64,000 nucleotides of DNA, from NCBI GenBank assembly GCA_934120015.1, contig CAKOTD010000001.1:836-64835 (forward strand). The letters are read 5' to 3'. Each line of letters begins with the position of its first letter. The stretch's first letter is position 1. The notes beneath the pieces are model-generated. The model ran no database searches and had not been told where the DNA came from. It was given only the letters and a program-made list of their open reading frames with translations. Position numbers and translations under genes: made by a program. Positions 56,243 through 64,000 of the stretch are shown piece after piece. The DNA is from an uncultured Bacilli bacterium (GTDB lineage Bacteria; Bacillota_I; Bacilli_A; RF39; UBA660).

Positions 56243-58045
56243 TTACTCATTATTTTTATTAACAAGATAATAACACATACTAATTATTATAGGAATTTGA
56301 AATACAATACCTATTGCATATCTAAAATATGTATTTACAGGTGATGCAAAACAAACTAATATAAGAGAAATTGTTGGTGCTAACCAAATTAGATATTTAT
56401 ACTTTTTTATTTTTAAAACAATAAATACTACAAATAGGACAATCCAATTACAAAAAGCTATATTTACAATATACCCTAGTAAAGGAATATATTGGAATCC
56501 AACCCCATAACAACTAAGTATATTTCTAAGACCATTAAGATTATTATAGTGATAATTGATTCCATCATTAATTAGTCTTTCATCATATTTATAGTATATA
56601 TACCAAGAATGATTTGGATAAAAATAACCATATGTATTGTGCAATGTTGCTTCAATATAAACATTAGGATGTTTCACTAATCCTTTAAACCATACTTTAA
56701 AATAATCTTTTAAATCATCATTACTTGCATATTTATTAAAAGCATTTTTTACAGGATCAGCCTTTAAAGGATTATATCTACTTGCAAGATCATCAATCCC
56801 AAGCACCTTATCAATAACACCTTTATCATAATCACTCAATTCATTTTCATGATATTTTACATACCTAGCAGTTTGTTGAAATGGTATTGAAAGTACTTCC
56901 CTAATGCTACCCGGTGTTATTTTTAATGCAGGTAATAAAATATGAGCATATGATAAATAAATTGTAAGAGTTATAAGAGTTACAAATAAGCAATTCTTTC
57001 TAATTTTTTTCATAAAAACTATCATAAATGGCATTGCAAATAAAATTGCGTATATTCCATTATTTCTAAGCATTGTAACCAATAACATAATTATAACAAG
57101 TATAAATCCATTTTTAAAATTCAAATTTTCATCCTTGATTATATCAAATATTTTAATACAAAATAGAATAACGAAACAATTAAACATAACATCTTTTACA
57201 ACTGACATAGCATAAAAAGGAAAAACAGGAACTAAAGAATATATAATTAAACTTATTACTCTAATTATCGAAGGAGTATTAATTTTTTTCATATAATAAA
57301 TTGTATAACTAAGAGTTCCTACTAATGTGCAAATTTGAATGATACTATACATAAATATACCAACATTTACACTTCCAATTATATCTCCAACTTTAGCAAG
57401 TCCACCTAACAATACTGTATGAAGAACAGGATGATGATTAGTAATATAGACATTTGGATCAAGCAAAATAGAATAATCTAAATACTTAGTTTTTATATGA
57501 AAAAATTGTTTTATTTGATTACTTGGATCAGGAGATAAAATACCTGGATAAAAAGATATTATATATGGTAAATAACAAATAATAATTATAATAAAAGGTA
57601 ATATAAATGGATGTTTTTCAAAAATAAATTTATATACTTTATTACTATAACTTTTAAACTTATACTTATTAATAAATTCAAAAATAGTGTTAGTACTAAA
57701 CAAGAATAAATAATAAAAACCAATTAACTTTATTAAACTAATAAACAATAGTAATATGTTATGTACAATTATAGTAAAATTACCATTAACTTTAAAACTA
57801 TAACCAACAATCATAAATAATGCTAGTATAAGTGATAAAATTTTAAATGATTTCTTACTTTTGAAAATATTTTTTTGATAACAAAAGTATAAAATTATAA
57901 CTGAAATAAACAACGCAAAAAAATTAATAGAAATATTATAATTCTTATTAATCTTTAAACATAAAGATAGTGAACTAAACACCGATAATATTACACAAAG
58001 TATATTATTCATAAACATCTTATTTTTTTCTTTCATAAAGCTCAT
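56243..58045 (-). CDS. Large polytopic membrane protein, DUF6020-like (putative GT-C-type transferase)
   Basis: About 15 TM helices and a loop with ITNHHPVLHTVLLGG. The preferred start is the ATG at 58045 after a GAGGGA RBS. The track starts at a TTG at 58060. Confidence 0.6.
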   Translation of the reverse strand: MSFMKEKNKMFMNNILCVILSVFSSLSLCLKINKNYNISINFFALFISVIILYFCYQKNIFKSKKSFKILSLILALFMIVGYSFKVNGNFTIIVHNILLLFISLIKLIGFYYLFLFSTNTIFEFINKYKFKSYSNKVYKFIFEKHPFILPFIIIIICYLPYIISFYPGILSPDPSNQIKQFFHIKTKYLDYSILLDPNVYITNHHPVLHTVLLGGLAKVGDIIGSVNVGIFMYSIIQICTLVGTLSYTIYYMKKINTPSIIRVISLIIYSLVPVFPFYAMSVVKDVMFNCFVILFCIKIFDIIKDENLNFKNGFILVIIMLLVTMLRNNGIYAILFAMPFMIVFMKKIRKNCLFVTLITLTIYLSYAHILLPALKITPGSIREVLSIPFQQTARYVKYHENELSDYDKGVIDKVLGIDDLASRYNPLKADPVKNAFNKYASNDDLKDYFKVWFKGLVKHPNVYIEATLHNTYGYFYPNHSWYIYYKYDERLINDGINYHYNNLNGLRNILSCYGVGFQYIPLLGYIVNIAFCNWIVLFVVFIVLKIKKYKYLIWLAPTISLILVCFASPVNTYFRYAIGIVFQIPIIISMCYYLVNKNNE

Positions 58046-59489
58046 AAACAAATCCCTCAAATTCTTCTTTACTAATTAATCTATATTTTTTTAACCTTTT
58101 TTTAAAGTCTTTCTCATTCTTTTTTCTTCTTGTTACAACAAAATCAACTTTTCCATTTTTGATAACATCATCTTGAGAAGTACAATTATCACTGAATACC
58201 TTGCAAGCAATATTTTGTCTCATAAAGAATTTTGTCGTTGGAAGAATATCTGCAGCAAAATAAAATCCACCATCTAAAAAACGATAATTTAATAGAGTAG
58301 CATTATCTTTTTTATTAATTATGCTAGCAAATTTATACTGGACTAAATCTTCTTTTTTATATTTACTAAAATAATAATTAGGACTTTTAAATAAAGCAGC
58401 AATACTTAAAGTTATGGTAATTAATAAGACAATTAAATATATTTTTTTATTAATATACTTATCAATTAACATATAAATGGTTATTAACCCCAAAATACTA
58501 TATATAACTACATCTAAGTAATAATAAATATAATTTTTACCACCTATATATATTCCAAGAAGTAAAGCAAAGAAAGACAATATAATAGGAAGACGTTTCA
58601 AAAATAAGTTATTTTTGCAAGCTAGAAAACTCATTCCTACAATAATCAGAAACAATATATAGATATTATTTATCATTGATTTATAACAAATAAATACCAT
58701 ATAAAGTACTTTATAAATAATTGATTGTTTTTTAGCATATAAAAATATATTTGCAATAAAATAATTGTCAATAAAATCCAGTAATGCATTATTTAAAATA
58801 AAATATATCATAACTAATAATACAGGTATAGAAAAACCTAATAATAAATAAAAAACACAAAATAAAAATTCTCTATAATTTTTACTAACTAACTTTTTAA
58901 TCAAAATAGTCAAAACAAAAACTATCCAAAAACCAAGTAATGTATATTTAATTAGAGAAACTACTCCAATAATAATTCCTGTTACAAATAATGTTTTATT
59001 ATCAATAATATTCTTATCAATATATCTTATGAAATGATAAAATGAAATACATAGCAAAGGAAAAATAAATTCTTCTGCACTACCACCCAATGCAAAATAA
59101 TTTGACGTTAAAAAGAGGGTTGAAAATACTGGAATTATAACAAAAATATATTTCTTATTTAGAAAAATATTAATAGTTTTAGCAAGAAAATATAAGGAAA
59201 TTGTAAAAGAAATTATTTCTAAGAAATATACCCCAATAAAACTCTTATGTGATATTAGTGCACCAATTGTATAAATAAAATAAAGTATTGGTCCTTTCTG
59301 CTCAAATAAATCTCGGTATGGAACAAGCCCATTTAATATCCCCTTTGCAACAGTAAAAAATGCATTGGCATCAACCCACTTATTCATTGGATATAGAAAT
59401 GAACACTCAGAACAGATTGTAATTCCCATAAAAGAAATAAATAAACAAAATACTAATATAAAATACTTATTTTTAACAATTTTACTCAT
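58020..59489 (-). CDS. GT-C fold glycosyltransferase (ArnT/PMT, GT39/83-like)
   Basis: Multi-TM protein. The first extracytoplasmic loop WVDANAFFTVAKGILNGLVPYRDLFEQKGPILYF is typical of ArnT/PMT_2-type enzymes. The start was moved to MSKIVKNKYF at 59489. Confidence 0.65.
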   Translation of the reverse strand: MSKIVKNKYFILVFCLFISFMGITICSECSFLYPMNKWVDANAFFTVAKGILNGLVPYRDLFEQKGPILYFIYTIGALISHKSFIGVYFLEIISFTISLYFLAKTINIFLNKKYIFVIIPVFSTLFLTSNYFALGGSAEEFIFPLLCISFYHFIRYIDKNIIDNKTLFVTGIIIGVVSLIKYTLLGFWIVFVLTILIKKLVSKNYREFLFCVFYLLLGFSIPVLLVMIYFILNNALLDFIDNYFIANIFLYAKKQSIIYKVLYMVFICYKSMINNIYILFLIIVGMSFLACKNNLFLKRLPIILSFFALLLGIYIGGKNYIYYYLDVVIYSILGLITIYMLIDKYINKKIYLIVLLITITLSIAALFKSPNYYFSKYKKEDLVQYKFASIINKKDNATLLNYRFLDGGFYFAADILPTTKFFMRQNIACKVFSDNCTSQDDVIKNGKVDFVVTRRKKNEKDFKKRLKKYRLISKEEFEGFVYELYERKK

Positions 59490-59590
59490 ATAAAACTCCC
59501 ATAAACTATTTAAATTATATACCAAACAAACAAAATAGTAAACAAAAAGAGATAATATTATCTCTTATGAATAATCTAAATTTCTAACAC

Positions 59591-60058
59591 TTATTTAATA
59601 ATCTCATAAGTAATACTGGTTACATTACTTAAATCACTATCAAAATCTACATATAAAGTTTTTGTTGCTTTAGACTTTATTGTTCCAGAAACAGGAGCAA
59701 CTGCAAATCCTCCATCACCTAATACATTATTCCCATCTTTATCCTTTAAAATAACTTTAAAATAATCTATCGTTATATCTTCATCAGTATTATTAGTAGC
59801 TTCTATAGTAATTTTAGAACTATATGCAGTGCTTGTTAAATTTGTATTACTCAATGTAATTCCATCTACTATCTGTTCCTTTACCACTTCACTATTTTCA
59901 TTTTTTTCCTCTTTTAAGGTACCATCATCATTAATCTCTTCTTTTATTTTATTATCTTCAGGAGTGGGATTTTCATCTTTCTTATTTTTCTTTCCACATC
60001 CTGTCATTAGCATAAAACCAATCATTATAACTAAACTTGTACTTATTATCTTTTTCAT
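59591..60058 (-). CDS. Lipoprotein with an Ig-like (DUF4352-type) beta domain
   Basis: Lipobox LMTGC. The C-terminal half (ITIEATNNTDEDITIDYFKVILKDKDGN..TKTLYVDF) is beta-sandwich-like. A GGAGG RBS lies 30 nt after the giant gene stop. Confidence 0.65.
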   Translation of the reverse strand: MKKIISTSLVIMIGFMLMTGCGKKNKKDENPTPEDNKIKEEINDDGTLKEEKNENSEVVKEQIVDGITLSNTNLTSTAYSSKITIEATNNTDEDITIDYFKVILKDKDGNNVLGDGGFAVAPVSGTIKSKATKTLYVDFDSDLSNVTSITYEIIK

Positions 60059-60087
60059 AATGCCTCCATAATTTTAACAAACTGCTC

Positions 60088-63000
60088 CTAACAATTACCA
60101 TTACAACATGCATAACTATTTGCACAACTATTATAACAACTACTTGCACCACCAGTACTAGCACAATTAGCATTACATCGTGCAAAGGAATCAGCACAAC
60201 TGCTTCCACCACCACCACTACATGAACCTGTTGGAGAGGATCTAAATGTTCTTGATATCTCATTACCATCAACATCTCTACATACTGTATAAACACTACC
60301 AGATAATGAACCATTTGTACAAGTAACAGTATTTTCATCCTTACAGGTGATAGTCTTCATTGTAAATCCAAAAATTACATCATTACTTACCTTATTAGAA
60401 TTATTTGTACAATTTGCTGTAATAGATATTGGTATAGCATCAGTTATTGTACCACCATATTCAGAACAATCATATAAATTTGCTGATTCACAATAATCTT
60501 TACAACATGTTTTATATGTAGTTTCAGCTGTTGCAGTGCAATCACCCCTACCGCCTGAAGCTGATGAACAAGCATTACCTGCATTTTCAGCTCTTGCATC
60601 ACATTCACTTGGACAAGTAAATACTACATCTGAGGCCTGAATCGTAAAGGTATTGGTTGTTCCAGATTTAATTACACTTGTTCCTGCTTTAGCATTCCAT
60701 GAATATGATTTTACTCCAGATGATCCTGCACTACATCCTATTGTTATTGTATATGTTTCATCTTTAGCTACTATTGCACCATTTGTTACATTTGTTCCTG
60801 AACTTGTCTTTACAGTTATTGTTGCTGTTGGCGGTGCTGTATTTATTGTATATGTTTGATAATACCATCCCGAACCATTAACAGGGCTTTGATTTTGTAT
60901 ATTTCCTGCCTTATCATATACTTTTGCATATATTATCCATGAACCATCACTATCAAGTGGTACATCATAGTATGATGATGTTGTTGGATTTGCATTATTT
61001 GATATTGACTGAATTACTCCGTCTTTATATACATGTACATACATATATGAATAATTTGTGTCATTTGCTGTTACTCTTACGGTCTGTGCTGTATCATAAC
61101 TTCCTCCTGCTACACTATAACTTACTGTTGGCTTTGTTGTATCTACATCCCATACTGTTAGATGATTTCTACCTGCTGTTCCTATACTTATATTTCCTGC
61201 ATTATCTCTGGCAATTATATGTGGTATCCATCTTCCATCTTTTAACATTGGAATACTCCATTGATTATTCCCAATCGATACTGCATTATTTACCCATGTT
61301 CCATCTTTCCAAATAGATATTTGATTATTACTTGATAGACCACTTCCTCCTGTGTCTGTTAATGTTAGAGTTGGGGTTATTCCACTACTAAAGAAGCCCA
61401 TATAATATGATCCACCATACAAATCTGTTAATGATTGAGCATTATAATTATAGGATATTGTTGGAGCTATTTTATCTATTGAAATTATATGTGTTGGAGT
61501 TAGACCGCCAACATTTCCAGCTTTATCAACCGCTCTAAACCATATTCCTGTTCTAGTCGAATTTTCAATAGTAAAATTATTACCCGCAATATCAACAAAA
61601 GTTAATCCATTATATGTCATTTGATAATGGTCTACTCCACTTTCCGTGTCTGTAGATGATAAATATGCTGTTACTGATTGATTTGTCCACGTATCTGATT
61701 CATATATTTGCCCATCGGCAGTTTTATATACTACTGTTGTTAATGGCCCTGTTGTATCTATCATAGTTACATTCTTTGACGAACTTATTTCATTTATTCC
61801 ATCACTTACTTTTGCTTCTATATTTCCATTACTCTTTAATACTATTTTATCTGTTTTTCCACTTACTTCATACCATGTTCCATTTGTTATTATTGTTCCA
61901 TCTTCTTTTGTTGCTGTTCCATTTATTACTCTATATTTTTTTGTATAATTTCCGTCTGGATATGTTATTGTTACTATTTTACTTTGTGTCCATACTCCTG
62001 AATCTGTTACTGTAAAACTTGGTATCTTTATTTCTCCTGTTGTTCCTACTGTACTTGCTTCTGTACTATTTCCTGCTTCATCTGTACATTTTACTTTTAA
62101 GTTATATGTTCCTGTCTTCAAATTACTAAATGTATATATATTATTTGTTCCTGTTTTATAATTTAATCCATTATCACTACTATATTCATAACTTTTTATT
62201 CCTATGTTATCTGTGCATGTTGCTTTTACTTCTATCGAATTTGTTGTTGTATTTGTTATCTCTAATGTTGCTGTTGGTTTCTCTGTATCTATTTTATCTA
62301 TTATGAACATATATCCTTCTGATATATTCCCTACTAAATCTTTACTATATGCATAATATGTTCCATTACTATTTATTTCATATTTTCCTGTTTTTCCTGT
62401 TATACTTTCCCATGTACAATTTTCACTACTATTTTCGTTTGTTATACAATAATGGGTTACTCCTGATACTGCACTTCCATTTTCTTCTATATCATCTACT
62501 TCTATTGTTATTTCATCTTTTTTACTATATCCTTCATTTATATCTTTTACACTTATTATTGGTTTTGCATTATCTATATTTATTACTTTCTCTGTTTTAT
62601 CTACTACATTTGTTCCATCTGTTATTCTTCCTATTATAGTTGTATTATTTTCCGTTATTTTTATTATTCCTGTATATTCCCTAAATTCTCCATCATTTAG
62701 ACTATACATTATTTTAAATCCTTCTAACATTATTCCATCATAGCTTATTGTTGCTTCTTTTTCTTGTGCTAATCCTTTTGGCGTTACTTCTATTATTGGA
62801 GCCTTTAGTATTTCTGTTTTTACTTCTTTTATTTCTGATTCTATTGTTTCTATATTTTCTCTACAATTTTCTTTTTCTGTTAATCCATTATATACTCTTA
62901 CTTTTATTTGATATTTTGTATTGAACAACAAGTCTTTATATTCATATATATTATTTTGAGGATTTTCAGCTGTCTGCCATGTTATTCCTCCATCTTTACT

Positions 63001-63534
63001 ATATTCATATTTACTTATTCCACTTTCACTATCTTTGGCATTTACTACTATTTTTATTCTATTTAAAGTCACCGTATAACTAAAATCTACACTTTCTGGT
63101 GCAGTCATATCACATAGTACTCCTATATCATCACAATTTCCGCTCTTTACCTTTACTTTTGTATCATTATATGTCTTATATGCACACCATTTATTATTTG
63201 TATATCCTATTGCCTGGTTTCCTTCCCTATCTACATATGCATCTCCTACACCTGTTATTTCTCCTATATGCTTTGTACCTATTGGTTCTTCTTCAAAATA
63301 TATTTTTTGATCCTTTATTATATACATATCATTTTCTAATAATGATGTATATCCACTACTTGCCCTATCTAATTTTATTGTATTTAATATTCCTACTGCA
63401 CTTTGTCTAAATGCGGATTTTTCTGCTCTTCTTGTTATCCCATTTACTATTGGTACTGTTATTAATGCGATTATTGCTAGTACTACTATTACTGTTAATA
63501 ATTCTATTAATGTAAATCCTTTATTTTTATTCAT
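60088..63534 (-). CDS. Giant type IV pilin-like surface protein (1148 aa): prepilin N-terminus, multiple Ig/FN3-like modules and a Cys-rich C-terminal tail
   Basis: N-terminus MNKNKG/FTLIELLTVIVVLAIIALITVPIV (class III signal, Glu at +5). Repeated modules carry SG(I/V)xxYEYS and D.AGN motifs. The last 175 aa contain 21 Cys by my count. GAGGAG RBS. Confidence 0.85.
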   Translation of the reverse strand: MNKNKGFTLIELLTVIVVLAIIALITVPIVNGITRRAEKSAFRQSAVGILNTIKLDRASSGYTSLLENDMYIIKDQKIYFEEEPIGTKHIGEITGVGDAYVDREGNQAIGYTNNKWCAYKTYNDTKVKVKSGNCDDIGVLCDMTAPESVDFSYTVTLNRIKIVVNAKDSESGISKYEYSKDGGITWQTAENPQNNIYEYKDLLFNTKYQIKVRVYNGLTEKENCRENIETIESEIKEVKTEILKAPIIEVTPKGLAQEKEATISYDGIMLEGFKIMYSLNDGEFREYTGIIKITENNTTIIGRITDGTNVVDKTEKVINIDNAKPIISVKDINEGYSKKDEITIEVDDIEENGSAVSGVTHYCITNENSSENCTWESITGKTGKYEINSNGTYYAYSKDLVGNISEGYMFIIDKIDTEKPTATLEITNTTTNSIEVKATCTDNIGIKSYEYSSDNGLNYKTGTNNIYTFSNLKTGTYNLKVKCTDEAGNSTEASTVGTTGEIKIPSFTVTDSGVWTQSKIVTITYPDGNYTKKYRVINGTATKEDGTIITNGTWYEVSGKTDKIVLKSNGNIEAKVSDGINEISSSKNVTMIDTTGPLTTVVYKTADGQIYESDTWTNQSVTAYLSSTDTESGVDHYQMTYNGLTFVDIAGNNFTIENSTRTGIWFRAVDKAGNVGGLTPTHIISIDKIAPTISYNYNAQSLTDLYGGSYYMGFFSSGITPTLTLTDTGGSGLSSNNQISIWKDGTWVNNAVSIGNNQWSIPMLKDGRWIPHIIARDNAGNISIGTAGRNHLTVWDVDTTKPTVSYSVAGGSYDTAQTVRVTANDTNYSYMYVHVYKDGVIQSISNNANPTTSSYYDVPLDSDGSWIIYAKVYDKAGNIQNQSPVNGSGWYYQTYTINTAPPTATITVKTSSGTNVTNGAIVAKDETYTITIGCSAGSSGVKSYSWNAKAGTSVIKSGTTNTFTIQASDVVFTCPSECDARAENAGNACSSASGGRGDCTATAETTYKTCCKDYCESANLYDCSEYGGTITDAIPISITANCTNNSNKVSNDVIFGFTMKTITCKDENTVTCTNGSLSGSVYTVCRDVDGNEISRTFRSSPTGSCSGGGGSSCADSFARCNANCASTGGASSCYNSCANSYACCNGNC

Positions 63535-63565
63535 GAACTTACTCCTCTTCTATACTTATACCTAT

Positions 63566-63597
63566 AGTATACCCCCCCCCCCCTCGACAATTGTCAA
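63566..63597 (-). promoter_or_regulatory. Candidate promoter of the giant pilin-like gene with a G12 tract in the spacer
   Basis: The minus strand reads TTGACA (63597-63592), then attgtcga plus G12 (a 20-nt spacer), then TATACT (63571-63566), which ends 31 nt upstream of the ATG. Confidence 0.5.
63572..63583. repeat. Homopolymeric C12 (plus strand) / G12 (coding strand) tract
   Basis: Counted directly: nine C at 63572-63580 plus three C at 63581-63583. It is unique in this AT-rich window. Confidence 0.95.
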
Positions 63598-63619
63598 GGG
63601 GATGGTGGGGTATTTATCA

Positions 63620-63645
63620 AAAGAAAAGCAATCAATAATGATTGC
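63620..63645 (-). terminator. Terminator of the upstream 97-aa gene
   Basis: The minus strand reads GCAATCA(ttat)TGATTGC followed by TTTTCTTTT. Confidence 0.6.
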
Positions 63646-63650
63646 CTAAA

Positions 63651-63944
63651 TTACAAATTAAATTTTTTATTTTGATTTGAGATATGAATTCTTTTAGCTA
63701 AATCAATAAAATAAATTATGGATAAATTATCACTATCTAATGTATTGTTAATCATGATTTCCCACATTTTATCATTTCTAATATAGTCCAAACTTTCTAT
63801 ACCTTTAATATCAAGCCCAATGATTTTATTATTTAAATCTACTAGATGCTTTGTTCTATAATCATTTAGTTCTATCTGAATATAACCATTATCAGACAAA
63901 AAATTAAGTACATTTAAAATATCATCATTGCTATATTCCATCAA
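63651..63944 (-). CDS. Hypothetical protein, 97 aa
   Basis: ORF from the track with no recognisable motif. The upstream context is cut by the window edge. Confidence 0.45.
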   Translation of the reverse strand: MMEYSNDDILNVLNFLSDNGYIQIELNDYRTKHLVDLNNKIIGLDIKGIESLDYIRNDKMWEIMINNTLDSDNLSIIYFIDLAKRIHISNQNKKFNL

Positions 63945-64000
63945 TTTATTACATAAATCATCTACTAATAGATATCTATTATAAGGAATATTTTCACATT

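Noticed and set aside
12739-58060. N-terminal extensions of several track ORFs (for example 14076, 24813, 27519, 33473, 44102, 46558, 48723, 50688, 59525, 58060) as real long isoforms or gene overlaps
   Set aside because: In each case an internal ATG, GTG or TTG with a properly spaced GGAGG/GGTGA-type RBS gives a protein whose start matches the family N-terminus and removes implausible overlaps with the upstream gene.
60530-60545. RGD tripeptide (GGRGDC) in the Cys-rich tail as evidence for integrin binding
   Set aside because: A three-residue motif is expected by chance in a 1148-aa protein. It is mentioned only as context and not used as evidence.
60653-63410. Plus-strand ORFs antisense to the giant pilin-like gene (60653-60859, 60924-61316, 61776-62015, 62349-62639, 63099-63410), with bizarre His/Leu/Tyr/Phe-rich translations
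   Set aside because: They lie entirely inside a well-supported 1148-aa minus-strand CDS, lack an RBS, and their composition is simply the antisense reading of Thr/Ser/Asn/Gly/Val-rich codons. The same holds for the out-of-frame minus ORF 59982-60338, which overlaps the gene end.
1-64000. Searched for CRISPR arrays, rRNA genes, intact IS elements or integrases, prophage genes and known defence-system hallmarks
   Set aside because: No evenly spaced direct repeats were found, and no rRNA-like GC-rich blocks. No integrase, recombinase or transposase ORF longer than about 35 codons was seen, and no nuclease, ATPase or STAND-type gene pairs were recognisable in the translations.

Overview
Strongly AT-rich chromosomal segment of a low-GC, endospore-forming Firmicute; the ftsA-ftsZ-spoIIGA-sigE cluster, a BclA-like collagen protein and ytxGH-like genes support this. 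About 90% of genes lie on the minus strand with short or overlapping junctions, so most of the window is core housekeeping. Contents in order: mutL, sigE, spoIIGA, ftsZ, ftsA, mscL, PFOR (nifJ), trmB, dapF, and a 10-gene NAD salvage operon (pncA-pncB-nudix-nadE-prs-nadD-pncC-nadK-aminotransferase-nrtR). These are followed by dCMP deaminase plus an odd long ThyX-like gene, an ABC exporter, pgsA, recD2, mtaB, rsmE, tcdA, ttcA, an RNase J-like gene and two solitary tRNA-Thr genes. Three stretches look accessory or unusual. (1) 8.8-18.2 kb holds a kinase-like gene with a coupled micro-ORF, a frameshifted BclA-like gene, an IS256-like remnant, an orphan 411-aa gene with a truncated duplicate of its 3' end next to tRNA-Thr, and a stand-alone promoter-to-terminator unit that looks like a small RNA. 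(2) The RNase J homologue has lost most catalytic metal ligands. (3) The right end is the best candidate for an undescribed system. It encodes a 1148-aa protein with a type IV prepilin N-terminus, at least 6-7 Ig/FN3-like modules and a C-terminal tail with 21 Cys in 175 residues. This gene appears co-transcribed with a lipoprotein and two large GT-C-like polytopic membrane proteins. It is preceded by a 12-nt G homopolymer sitting inside the -35/-10 spacer of its only evident promoter, which suggests a phase-variable switch. No CRISPR array, rRNA or intact mobile element was seen. All calls come from reading the ORF translations and DNA by eye, and no database search was run.
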